The notes under the pieces: generated by a model
What the model was told of the DNA's origin: nothing
Seen by the model: only the letters and a program-made list of their open reading frames with translations
The model's database searches: none
Part shown: positions 46,291 to 55,339 of the stretch, one piece after another
Numbering within the stretch: position 1 is the first letter of the stretch
How the letters are laid out: every line of letters starts with the position of its first letter
Source: Oscillospiraceae bacterium
Lineage (GTDB): Bacteria; Bacillota; Clostridia; Oscillospirales; Acutalibacteraceae
Assembly: GCA_031551875.1 (NCBI GenBank)
Contig: JAVBNA010000020.1
Span: 2,167 to 66,166 of the forward strand
Direction: 5' to 3'
DNA: 64,000 bases
Translations under genes and position numbers: made by a program

Positions 46291-47655
46291 ATGAAAATCT
46301 GCAGCCAATGCGGCTACTGCAACGGAGATTACATGGACGCCTGCGCCCGTTGCCGCGCCCCTCTGAATGGCGCCCCGATCCCGAACGGTGCTTCTGCGCC
46401 GCAGGCCGGTTCCGGTTATGGAGCGCCCGCCGCGCTCCCGCCCGGCTATACCCCCAGGCCGAGCTATCCGCCTCAGGGACAGTCCTGCTATGCCCAGACG
46501 CCGACGCCCGCGCCGAGAGGCTTGGGCGCGCCCGCTTCTGTTCCCTACGGACAGACCGGCATGCCGCAGGCACAAAACCGCTTTGGACAAGCGCCGCAGG
46601 GTTTAAGCCCGTATGCGCCGCCGCCCGCGGCTCAGCAGGTCACCCGTCCGCAGCCAGGCGCGTACCCCCTGTCTCCCCCGCAGTACAGCCAGAATGTCCG
46701 CCCGCAGCCTCCACAGCCGCAGCGACCCCCACAGCCCCGCCCTCCGGAACAGCCGAGCGAATACACTTCGCTTTTGGGAAACGAGAATCTAAATTCGTTA
46801 AATGATTTTTCCGTGCAGCCCGCCAAGCGTTCCTCAGCCGGTCTGGTCATTATCATTCTGCTGATCCTGCTTGTGCTGACCGGCGGCGTCACTTGGTATT
46901 TCTATACAAATGAGCTCTTTCCCGCCGAGGTGCGCAGCTCGATCGACAGCGTGATCAGCAGCGTGACCGGCTTTTTAGGCGTCAACAACGACTCTCCCGA
47001 CCAGACCGGCAATGAGCAGTTTGACATCATGGTTTCCCGTGTGCGCAACACGGCCGGCACCGACGACGAGCAGGCCAAGACAATCGTGAACACCCTGATC
47101 CAGAAGTGCGGCGCAACCGGCATCAGCAGCATACTGCCCATCGGCGAAACAGCCTTGTATCAAATCAAGTCGCCCGGGGGCTTTTTCAAGATCCATATTG
47201 ACCCGAACACGAAGGTGCTGACCCGGGTGGAAACCGACGAATCCATCCCCCGCGCGATCTATGCGGACGGCACCTCCTTCGCCAGTGTTTCCGATTTCTG
47301 CATTCCGGAAGAAATTATGGAAAAGCTCAAGGAGAATGCCCGCGCCACCCTGAAAGGAGCGGTGTCCAATCCTGAGCTGATTACCTTTGAAGAAAACGAC
47401 GGCTGGGATTTCCACAAGGACAAGGACTGGATTGCCGTGTACTGCACAGCCATCTCCGAAGCCGAGGGGACGACCGAAAACCGCATCCCCTTCTATTTTG
47501 AATACCAGCTGCAAGGCAACACCTATACCCTCCTGTTTGCCCGCATCGGTGACAAGACCGACGGCACACAGCACTTTACCGAGGGTGCGCAGAACAGCCC
47601 CTATACCGACGATTCCGCCCAGCCGGATGAAACCGCCGGCCAGCCCACGGCGTGA
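46291..47655 (+). CDS. Zinc-ribbon / Pro-Gln-rich / single-TM protein with an extracytoplasmic domain
   Basis: MKICSQCGYCNGDYMDACARC, a P/Q-rich tract, TM segment GLVIIILLILLVLTGGVTWYFY, and a ~230-aa C-terminal domain. Start at the ATG at 46291 after AAGGAGA. Confidence 0.6.
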   Translation: MKICSQCGYCNGDYMDACARCRAPLNGAPIPNGASAPQAGSGYGAPAALPPGYTPRPSYPPQGQSCYAQTPTPAPRGLGAPASVPYGQTGMPQAQNRFGQAPQGLSPYAPPPAAQQVTRPQPGAYPLSPPQYSQNVRPQPPQPQRPPQPRPPEQPSEYTSLLGNENLNSLNDFSVQPAKRSSAGLVIIILLILLVLTGGVTWYFYTNELFPAEVRSSIDSVISSVTGFLGVNNDSPDQTGNEQFDIMVSRVRNTAGTDDEQAKTIVNTLIQKCGATGISSILPIGETALYQIKSPGGFFKIHIDPNTKVLTRVETDESIPRAIYADGTSFASVSDFCIPEEIMEKLKENARATLKGAVSNPELITFEENDGWDFHKDKDWIAVYCTAISEAEGTTENRIPFYFEYQLQGNTYTLLFARIGDKTDGTQHFTEGAQNSPYTDDSAQPDETAGQPTA

Positions 47656-47663
47656 TTCACCCT

Positions 47664-47701
47664 CCCGTCCCTTTTGTTTGCGCAAAAGGGGCGGGATTTC
47701 T
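47664..47701 (+). terminator. Terminator of the 46291-47655 gene
   Basis: CCCGTCCCTTTTG-tttgcg-CAAAAGGGGCGGG followed by ATTTCTT. Confidence 0.65.
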
Positions 47702-47723
47702 TACCTGTTTTTTATTTTTTTAC

Positions 47724-47752
47724 TGGACAATGGAAAAACGGTGATGTATAAT
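47724..47752 (+). promoter_or_regulatory. pyr operon promoter TGGACA-17-TATAAT
   Basis: Read directly. A TG dinucleotide lies immediately upstream of the -10. Confidence 0.5.
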
Positions 47753-47764
47753 AATACAAACGAC

Positions 47765-47901
47765 GCCCTTTAAGTAAGTCCTGTGAGGCTTGCAAGGCGA
47801 TCCAATATGAAGCCCGGCGCGCGTTTCCCCCGCAGGGGGAGATGCACCCGGATTTGGTATACGGATACGGCTTGTCCTCATGGAGGATGAGCCGTTTTTT
47901 T
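47765..47901 (+). promoter_or_regulatory. PyrR-binding leader with transcription attenuator
   Basis: AGUCCUGUGAGGCUUGCAAGG (47777-47797) resembles the PyrR binding-loop consensus (UCCAGAGAGGCU). GC hairpin TCCCCCgcaGGGGGA. Terminator CGGCTtgtCCTC-atg-GAGGatgAGCCG plus T7 (47868-47901), just upstream of pyrR. Confidence 0.7.
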
Positions 47902-47927
47902 GATTATAAAAGCAGGGAGGGATACCG

Positions 47928-48470
47928 GTGGCGGAAAAGGCACAGATTATGGATGAAAAGGGCGTGGGCCGTGCGATGGCGCGTATCTCCTATGAGATCA
48001 TCGAGCGCAACCGCGGCCTTGAGGATGTGTGTGTCGTGGGCATTCTGCGGCGCGGGGCGGTAATGGCCGGCCGGTTGGCGGGCAAGTTGCGCGAATTGGA
48101 GGGCAAGGAGATGCCCTGCGGACATCTCGACATCTCCCGTTTCCGGGACGACCGTCCGGGCGAGCCGGCCGCCGAGGACAAATCCGAGCTTCCCTTTCAG
48201 GTTGCGGGCAAGGTGGTCATTCTGGTTGACGACGTGCTGTACACCGGACGCAGCGTGCGGGCGGCGATTGACGCGCTCATCCAGCGCGGGCGCCCCAAAG
48301 CCATACAGCTTGCCGTGCTGGTCGACCGGGGACATCGGGAACTGCCCATCCGTCCTGACTACGTGGGGAAGAACCTGCCCACCTCAAGCGACGAGCGGGT
48401 CGCTGTTCTGTTCAGTGAGACCGACGGAGAAGATGCCGTGCGCATCTACGGAACGGAGGAAATTTCATGA
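47928..48470 (+). CDS. pyrR: Bifunctional pyrimidine operon regulator / uracil phosphoribosyltransferase PyrR
   Basis: 180 aa. VILVDDVLYTGRSVRAAIDAL PRPP motif. GTG start after AGGGAGGG. Confidence 0.95.
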   Translation: MAEKAQIMDEKGVGRAMARISYEIIERNRGLEDVCVVGILRRGAVMAGRLAGKLRELEGKEMPCGHLDISRFRDDRPGEPAAEDKSELPFQVAGKVVILVDDVLYTGRSVRAAIDALIQRGRPKAIQLAVLVDRGHRELPIRPDYVGKNLPTSSDERVAVLFSETDGEDAVRIYGTEEIS

Positions 48471-49735
48471 AGCTTCTCCTGCAAAACATCAGGCGCTTTG
48501 ACACGGGCGAACAAGCTGACATCCTGCTTGCGGAGGGAAAAATTGCGGATATTGCCTCCCACATCCCCGTCGGAGAGGGTATGACGTGTCTCGACGGCGG
48601 GGGCCTGACCGCTGCGCCCGGACTTGTGGATATGCATGTCCACCTGCGCGACCCCGGACAGACGCACAAGGAAGATTTGACCTCCGCGTCACGGGCGGCG
48701 GCGGCGGGCGGCGTGACCAGCCTGCTGGCCATGCCCAACACCTGCCCCACCGTGGATACCCCCGGCATCCTTCGGAACATTCTGGCAAGGGCACAGGCCA
48801 TGCCGGTGCGCATGTATCAGGCGGCGGCGATCACCAAAGGGCTTCGCAGCGAAGAGCCCTCCGACTGGGCTGCGCTCAAAGCGGCAGGCGCGGCGGCGCT
48901 GTCCGACGACGGGCGTCCTGTCGTTGATACGCGCATCATGGCGCGGGCGCTGTGCGAAGCGGCGGCGCTTTCACTTCCGGTGGTGTCCCACTGTGAGGAT
49001 CTCTATCTTGCCAAGGGTGGGCTGATGCACGAGGGGCAAGTGTCGGCAGCGCTCGGCGTGCCGGGCATCCCGGCGGCGGCCGAGGACGCAGGCACGGCGC
49101 GTGACATTGCGCTTGCGGCGGCCTACGGCGTGCCGGTGCACATCTGCCACGTCAGCACAGCCACCTCGGCGGCGCTCATCCGTGACGCAAAACGCAGGGG
49201 TGTCCCGGTCACCGCCGAAACCGCCCCCCACTACCTGCTGCTGACCGAGGAGAGCTTGCGCGGACGGGATGCCGATTACCGCATGAACCCGCCTCTGCGC
49301 ACCGCGGCCGACCGCGAGGCGCTTCTTTTGGCGCTGTGCGACGGCACGATTGACTGCATCGCCACCGACCACGCTCCCCACGCCCCGGACGAAAAGAGCG
49401 ATTTTGAAAGCGCCCCTTTCGGCGCGGTCGGCATGGAAACCTCCTTTGCCGCCGCGTATACGGCACTGGTGGCGAGCGGCAGACTGTCCTGCGCCGGGCT
49501 GATCAGTCTGATGGCAACGAACCCCGCGCGTATTTTAGGTTTTCAGGCAGGCTTGCTGGAGAAGGGCGAAAACGCCGACCTGATGCTGTTTGACCCGCAG
49601 GAAACATGGGTTGTGGATCCCGAAAAGCTGCACGGCAAGTCGCGCAACACCCCCTTTAAACAGATGACGCTGACCGGCAGGGTCAAGGTGACCCTGTGCC
49701 GCGGCGAGATCATTTTTGACGACAGAAAGGAGTAG
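48467..49735 (+). CDS. pyrC: Dihydroorotase
   Basis: 422 aa. DMHVHLRDPG, ATDHAPH and CPTVDT-type motifs. 4-nt overlap with pyrR. Confidence 0.9.
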   Translation: MKLLLQNIRRFDTGEQADILLAEGKIADIASHIPVGEGMTCLDGGGLTAAPGLVDMHVHLRDPGQTHKEDLTSASRAAAAGGVTSLLAMPNTCPTVDTPGILRNILARAQAMPVRMYQAAAITKGLRSEEPSDWAALKAAGAAALSDDGRPVVDTRIMARALCEAAALSLPVVSHCEDLYLAKGGLMHEGQVSAALGVPGIPAAAEDAGTARDIALAAAYGVPVHICHVSTATSAALIRDAKRRGVPVTAETAPHYLLLTEESLRGRDADYRMNPPLRTAADREALLLALCDGTIDCIATDHAPHAPDEKSDFESAPFGAVGMETSFAAAYTALVASGRLSCAGLISLMATNPARILGFQAGLLEKGENADLMLFDPQETWVVDPEKLHGKSRNTPFKQMTLTGRVKVTLCRGEIIFDDRKE

Positions 49736-49741
49736 AACAAT

Positions 49742-50674
49742 ATGTCTCTTGACCGGCTGATCCGCGCGATTGCGGACAAACAAAATCCCACTGTGGCGGG
49801 GCTCGACCCCAAGCTGAGCTTCATTCCCGAATCCATCAGGCAGAACGCCTACGACAAATACGGAAAAACGCTTGAGGGCGCGGCGGACGCGATCCTGACC
49901 TACAACAAGGGGCTGATTGATGCCCTGTACGACATTGTGCCGGCAGTCAAGCCGCAGTGCGCCTACTACGAAATGTACGGCTGGCCGGGCATGCGCACCC
50001 TCTATGAAACCATCAAATACGCCAAGGAAAAGGGTTTATACGTGATCACCGACGGCAAGCGCAACGACATCGGCTCGACCATGGAGGCCTATGCGGCCGC
50101 CCATCTGGGCAGCACCGACGTCGACGGCGCGCACTTCCTGCCCTTTGACGGCGACGCACTGACCGTTAACGGTTATCTTGGCTCGGACGGCATCAAGCCG
50201 CTCGTGAGCACCTGCCAATCCTTTGATACCGGCCTGTTTGTGCTGGTCAAAACCTCCAACCCCTCCTCGGGGGAGCTGCAGGATTTAAAATTTGAGGACG
50301 GCCGCACACTGTATGCCGCGATGGGCGCGCTGTGTGAAAGCTGGGGCGAAGCCCTGCCGGGCAAGTTCGGCTACTCGGGCGTGGGCGCGGTGATCGGCGC
50401 GACCTATCCCCGGATGCTCGGCGAGATGCGCGAAGCGCTGCCCCATACCTTTTTCCTGGTGCCGGGCTACGGCGCACAGGGCGGCGGCGCGCAGGACGTG
50501 CTGCCCGCCTTTGACAAAAACGGCTCAGGTGCCGTGATCAACTCCTCCCGCGCGATTCTGCGCGCCTGGCAGAAGGAGGGCGCGGCGGAGGAGGAGTACG
50601 CCGACGCGGCGCGGCGTGAGGCGCTGCGTATGAGAGAGGAACTGCGCAAGGACATCGGGGAGATCAAGCTGTAG
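49742..50674 (+). CDS. pyrF: Orotidine-5'-phosphate decarboxylase, long (type 2) form
   Basis: 310 aa. VAGLDP, DGKRNDIGST and PGYGAQGG motifs. Confidence 0.9.
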   Translation: MSLDRLIRAIADKQNPTVAGLDPKLSFIPESIRQNAYDKYGKTLEGAADAILTYNKGLIDALYDIVPAVKPQCAYYEMYGWPGMRTLYETIKYAKEKGLYVITDGKRNDIGSTMEAYAAAHLGSTDVDGAHFLPFDGDALTVNGYLGSDGIKPLVSTCQSFDTGLFVLVKTSNPSSGELQDLKFEDGRTLYAAMGALCESWGEALPGKFGYSGVGAVIGATYPRMLGEMREALPHTFFLVPGYGAQGGGAQDVLPAFDKNGSGAVINSSRAILRAWQKEGAAEEEYADAARREALRMREELRKDIGEIKL

Positions 50675-50691
50675 AACGGAGGAAATCGAAG

Positions 50692-51786
50692 ATGGAATCA
50701 AAGAAAGTAACGACCGCCTATCTCGTGCTGGAGGACGGCACGGTGTACGAGGGCTTCTCGGTGGGCGCTGTCAAAAAGGCGGTCGGTGAGGTGGTTTTTA
50801 ACACGACCGTGTCCTATCAGGACATTTTGTCTGACCCGACCTATTCGGGCCAGATCGTCATACAGACCTACCCACTGATCGGCAACCGAGGCGTTGACCC
50901 CCAGTCGGTAACCAATCTGGTGGCGAGCGGCTATGTGGTGCGCGAATGGTGTGTGGAGCCCACCGACGCCAATGAGTTTGTCACCCTCGACCAGTACCTT
51001 GAGAGCATCGGCGTGACCGGCCTGTGCGGCATTGACACCCGCTCGCTCACCCGCCGTATCCGCAAGAACGGCGTGATGAACGGCGCGATTGTCGGCTCGC
51101 TTGACGGAAAAGAAGCTCTCCTGGAAGAGCTCAGGACCTACCGTGTGCCCCCGGCCGTGGGACAGGTTTCGGTCAGGGAGAGAGTGCGCCTGGAAACGCC
51201 CGGCGCGAAATTTGAGCTCGCCGTACCCGACTACGGTTTCCGCCGCGACATTCTGGCGCATTTCCAGGAGCGCGGCTGTAACATCACGCTTTACCCCGCC
51301 TATACCAAAAGTGAAGAGCTCCTCGCCGGAAACCCCGACGGGATTTTCCTGTCCGACGGGCCGGGCGACCCGTGGGACAACCCCGAGATCATCGCGATCA
51401 TCCGAGAGCTGACCGCCTCGAAAAAGCCGGTGTTTGCCGTCGGACTGGGGCATCAGCTTCTGGCGGTCGCCATGGGCATGATCATCGAAAAGCTCTCCGT
51501 GGGACACCGCGGCGCCAATCAGCCCGTGCGCAGGCTGGACGATGGGCGGGTGCTGATTACCAATCAAAATCACGGCTATACGGTGGCCAGAAATACAGTA
51601 TCTGAACAGATTGCCTCTGTCACCCATGAGAATGTCAACGATCTTTCCGTGGAAGGGCTCTCCTATAAAGCCTTCCCATCAGTGAGCGTACAGTTTGAAC
51701 CGGGTGACGGCCCGGGCTATCAGGACACCGCCTACCTGTTCGACGAGTTTATACGCATGATGGAAAGGAGCAAGAACAATGCCTAA
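50692..51786 (+). CDS. carA: Carbamoyl-phosphate synthase small subunit homolog with a substituted glutaminase triad
   Basis: 364 aa. CPSase small-chain N-domain (LVLEDGTVYEGFSVGA, TYPLIGNRG) and a GATase-fold C-domain (SDGPGDP, NQNHGY). The nucleophile motif reads VFAVGLGHQ and the HPE motif reads FEPG. Confidence 0.85.
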   Translation: MESKKVTTAYLVLEDGTVYEGFSVGAVKKAVGEVVFNTTVSYQDILSDPTYSGQIVIQTYPLIGNRGVDPQSVTNLVASGYVVREWCVEPTDANEFVTLDQYLESIGVTGLCGIDTRSLTRRIRKNGVMNGAIVGSLDGKEALLEELRTYRVPPAVGQVSVRERVRLETPGAKFELAVPDYGFRRDILAHFQERGCNITLYPAYTKSEELLAGNPDGIFLSDGPGDPWDNPEIIAIIRELTASKKPVFAVGLGHQLLAVAMGMIIEKLSVGHRGANQPVRRLDDGRVLITNQNHGYTVARNTVSEQIASVTHENVNDLSVEGLSYKAFPSVSVQFEPGDGPGYQDTAYLFDEFIRMMERSKNNA

Positions 51787-54700
51787 GAGAAGCGACATCA
51801 AGAAAGTGCTGGTTATCGGCTCCGGTCCCATCGTGATCGGGCAGGCCGCGGAGTTTGACTACGCGGGTACACAGGCCTGCCGCGCCCTCAAGGAGGAGGG
51901 CATGGAGGTTGTGCTGGTCAACTCCAACCCGGCCACCATCATGACCGACAAGGTGATGGCCGACCAGATTTACATTGAACCCCTGCGGCTCGACGTGGTC
52001 AAGCGCATCATTGAGCTGGAGCGTCCCGACAGCGTGCTGGCGACGCTGGGCGGCCAGACCGGCCTCAACCTCGGCATGGAGCTGGCGGCGGACGGCATTC
52101 TCGAGCGTCTCCATGTCAAACTCCTGGGCGCGAACCCCGAAACCATACGCAAGGCGGAGGATCGCCAGGCATTTAAAGATACCATGGCCGAGTGCGGCGA
52201 GCCCTGCATCGCCTCCAAGGTGGTGGAAACCATTGAGGATGCGGTCGACTACGCGGAAACGCTGGGCTATCCCGTGGTGGTGCGCCCCGCCTACACGCTG
52301 GGCGGTACGGGCGGCGGCTTTGCGAACAACACGGGCGAGCTGCGCGAAATCTGCGAAACCGGGCTGCGCGCCTCCATGATCCACCAGTGCCTGATCGAAA
52401 AGGGCATCGCAGGGTGGAAGGAAATTGAGTTTGAGACCGTGCGCGATTGTGCGGGCAACTGCATCACCGTCTGCTCGATGGAAAACATTGACCCGGTCGG
52501 CGTACACACGGGCGACTCGATCGTCGTCGCCCCGGCGCAGACGCTGACCGCGCCCGAGCTTGCCATGATGCGCTCGGCAGCGCTCAACATCGTCACGGCG
52601 CTGGGTGTCGAGGGTGGCTGTAACGTGCAGTTTGCCCTGAAGCCCAACAGCATGGAATACGCCGTGATTGAGGTCAACCCCCGCCTGTCCCGTTCGTCGG
52701 CGCTGGCGTCCAAGGCGACCGGCTACCCCATCGCCAAGGTCGCAACCAAGATTGCGATTGGCTACTGCCTTGATGAGATTGTCAACGCGGTGACCAAAAG
52801 CACCTACGCCTGCAATGAGCCGGCGGTTGACTACTGCGTGCTCAAGTTCCCGAAATGGCCCTTCGACAAGTTTGTTTATGCCAACCGCACGATTGGAACC
52901 CAGATGAAAGCGACCGGCGAGGTCATGTCCATCGGCACAAGCTTTGAGCTGGCTCTGATGAAGGCGGTGCGCTCGATCGAGCTCGGGCTGGACACCTTCA
53001 ACCTGCCGAAATTGACCGAGCTTTCGGCGGAGGAACTACTCGCGCTTATCCCCCAAACCGACGATGAGCGTATCTTCGTGGTCTATCAGGCGCTCAAAAA
53101 GGGCATTACCGCCGACACGATCTACGACATCACCAAGATCGACCGCTGGTTCCTCTCAAAGCTGAAAAAGCTGTCCACGATGGAGCATGAGCTTGCGTCG
53201 GGGGACTTGACAGCGACCAAATATATGCAGGCCAAGCACCTGGGCTTCCTCGACAAAACCATTGAAGCGATCTCAGGGCAGAAGCCGCCGCTCAGCATAA
53301 ATGCCTCCTACAAGATGGTGGATACCTGCGCGGGCGAATTTGACGCCGAAACACCCTATTTCTACTCCACCTGGGACGAGGAGAATGAGGCGAAGCTCTA
53401 CATCGAAGAGCGCCCCACCGACAAAAAAACCATCCTCGTGTTCGGTTCCGGCCCCATCCGCATCGGACAGGGTATCGAGTTTGACTACTGCTCGGTGCAT
53501 TGTGTGAGCACGCTCAAAAAGTTGGGCTATGAGGCGATCATCGCCAACAACAACCCCGAGACGGTCTCCACCGACTTTGACACCTCCGACCGCCTTTATT
53601 TCGACCCGCTGACCCCCGAGGACGTGCGGTCGGTCATCGCGACCGAGAAGCCGTGGGGCTGTGTGGTGCAGTTCGGCGGGCAGACCGCCATCAAGCTCAC
53701 GAAGCACCTGGGCGAGCTGGGCGTCCCGATTCTTGGCACCTCGGCCGACGGTGTGGACGCCGCCGAGGACCGTGAGCGTTTTGACGCGCTGGTGGAGGAA
53801 CTGGGCATCCCCCGTCCGGCGGGACAGACGGTGTACACGGAGGACGAGGCTGTCAGGGCGGCGAACGAGCTGGGCTATCCCGTGCTCATGCGCCCCTCCT
53901 ACGTGCTGGGCGGGCAGAACATGATCATCGCCTACGGGGAACCGGACATCCGTGAATACATGAAAATCATCACGGCGACCGCGCTTGAGAACCCTGTGCT
54001 CATTGACAAATATATGATAGGGCGCGAGGTCGAGGTGGACGCCATCTGCGACGGGGAGGATTTCCTGATTCCCGGCATCATGGAGCATATTGAGCGGGCG
54101 GGCATCCACTCGGGCGACTCCATCTCGGTTTATCCGACCCAGACCATCTGGCAGCAGCACAAGGATACCATCGTCGACTACACCGCCCGCTTTGCCAAGG
54201 CGCTGGGCGTGGTGGGACTGGTCAACATCCAGTATGTGATCCACAAGGATCAGGTCTACGTGATTGAGGTCAACCCGCGCTCCTCCCGCACTGTGCCCTA
54301 CATCAGCAAGGTGACCGGCATCCCGATGGTCGACCTCGCGACCAAATGCATGCTGGGCATGAAGCTGCGCGATCTGGGCTACGGCACCGGCCTTTATCCT
54401 GAGTCCAACTATGTCAGCGTCAAGGTGCCTGTTTTCTCCTTTGAGAAGCTGCACGACCTTGATGTGGCGCTCGGTCCCGAAATGAAGTCCACCGGCGAGG
54501 TGCTGGGCATCGCGCACGACTTCCGCGACGCGCTGCTCAAGGGTCTGACCGCCGCCGGACAGACGCTCAAAAAGACCGGCGGCGTGCTGGTCACGGTGCG
54601 CGACACCGACAAGGAAGAAACCCTTATGCTGGCGCGGCGCTTTGCGGATCTGGGCTTCACCCTGTACGCCACGCAAGGCACAACCGAGTACTTTCGGAAA

Positions 54701-54970
54701 AACGGCCTGGAGACCGAGCCGGTCAGAAAGCTCAGCGAGCCCTCCCCCAACATCGCCGACCTGTTCGAGCAAGGCAAGGTGGACTACGTCATCTCCACCT
54801 CGACCAAGGGCAGGATCCCCGCCTATGACAGCGTCAAGTTGCGCCGCCGCGCGGTGGAGCATGCCATCCCCTGCCTGACCGCGCTGGACACTGCCGCGGC
54901 CGTGCTGTCCTGCCTCGAGATGCACAAGGGCATGGAGGACGTCGAGCTTGTGGACATCACGAAGATGTAG
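51779..54970 (+). CDS. carB: Carbamoyl-phosphate synthase large subunit
   Basis: 1063 aa. Duplicated ATP-grasp halves (VLVIGSGPIVIGQAAEFDYAGTQA and ILVFGSGPIRIGQGIEFDYC) and an MGS-like C-terminal domain. 8-nt overlap with carA. Confidence 0.97.
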   Translation: MPKRSDIKKVLVIGSGPIVIGQAAEFDYAGTQACRALKEEGMEVVLVNSNPATIMTDKVMADQIYIEPLRLDVVKRIIELERPDSVLATLGGQTGLNLGMELAADGILERLHVKLLGANPETIRKAEDRQAFKDTMAECGEPCIASKVVETIEDAVDYAETLGYPVVVRPAYTLGGTGGGFANNTGELREICETGLRASMIHQCLIEKGIAGWKEIEFETVRDCAGNCITVCSMENIDPVGVHTGDSIVVAPAQTLTAPELAMMRSAALNIVTALGVEGGCNVQFALKPNSMEYAVIEVNPRLSRSSALASKATGYPIAKVATKIAIGYCLDEIVNAVTKSTYACNEPAVDYCVLKFPKWPFDKFVYANRTIGTQMKATGEVMSIGTSFELALMKAVRSIELGLDTFNLPKLTELSAEELLALIPQTDDERIFVVYQALKKGITADTIYDITKIDRWFLSKLKKLSTMEHELASGDLTATKYMQAKHLGFLDKTIEAISGQKPPLSINASYKMVDTCAGEFDAETPYFYSTWDEENEAKLYIEERPTDKKTILVFGSGPIRIGQGIEFDYCSVHCVSTLKKLGYEAIIANNNPETVSTDFDTSDRLYFDPLTPEDVRSVIATEKPWGCVVQFGGQTAIKLTKHLGELGVPILGTSADGVDAAEDRERFDALVEELGIPRPAGQTVYTEDEAVRAANELGYPVLMRPSYVLGGQNMIIAYGEPDIREYMKIITATALENPVLIDKYMIGREVEVDAICDGEDFLIPGIMEHIERAGIHSGDSISVYPTQTIWQQHKDTIVDYTARFAKALGVVGLVNIQYVIHKDQVYVIEVNPRSSRTVPYISKVTGIPMVDLATKCMLGMKLRDLGYGTGLYPESNYVSVKVPVFSFEKLHDLDVALGPEMKSTGEVLGIAHDFRDALLKGLTAAGQTLKKTGGVLVTVRDTDKEETLMLARRFADLGFTLYATQGTTEYFRKNGLETEPVRKLSEPSPNIADLFEQGKVDYVISTSTKGRIPAYDSVKLRRRAVEHAIPCLTALDTAAAVLSCLEMHKGMEDVELVDITKM

Positions 54971-54971
54971 C

Positions 54972-55280
54972 ATGAGACTTTTTGACAAATGGTTCGAAAA
55001 AAAACAACCGGCTCCGGCTGCAGCGGAGCCGGTCATCTTCGAACCCACTCTTTCAGAAGATGCATTGTGCACACTGTTTTCAAGAGATAAAAAAGCTTAT
55101 GGAGAAGTGTGGAGGCGTAAGGACGGTACATATACATATTCTTTCCATAAGTTTACATATGATGACTACACCTACACGTACTACTGGGCACCGTGGGATC
55201 CGAATGGATATGCGGTGACGATCTACGACACGTCCGAAAAGGCAATCCGAGACGTGGAGGAGATATTGTCAACAGTCTGA
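54972..55280 (+). CDS. Hypothetical small protein
   Basis: 102-aa ORF starting 2 nt after the carB stop. Tyr/Thr-rich core (YTYSFHKFTYDDYTYTYYWAPWDPNGY). No family recognised. Confidence 0.4.
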   Translation: MRLFDKWFEKKQPAPAAAEPVIFEPTLSEDALCTLFSRDKKAYGEVWRRKDGTYTYSFHKFTYDDYTYTYYWAPWDPNGYAVTIYDTSEKAIRDVEEILSTV

Positions 55281-55286
55281 AGCATG

Positions 55287-55329
55287 AAAACCGCGCCCGC
55301 ACTCCAATGAGTGCGGGCGCGGTTTATTT
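55287..55329. terminator. Bidirectional terminator between convergent genes
   Basis: AAAA-CCGCGCCCGCACT-ccaatg-AGTGCGGGCGCGG-TTTATTT. Confidence 0.85.
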
Positions 55330-55339
55330 GTAATTGAGT

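Noticed and set aside
53273-55072. 599-aa minus-strand ORF
   Set aside because: Antisense to carB, with low-complexity Gly/Arg/Asp/Val-rich composition. The same reasoning applies to 50698-51627 (antisense to carA), 34710-35702, 39586-40746, 46975-47685, 62968-63864, 1250-1999, 1857-2855 and 28886-29731.
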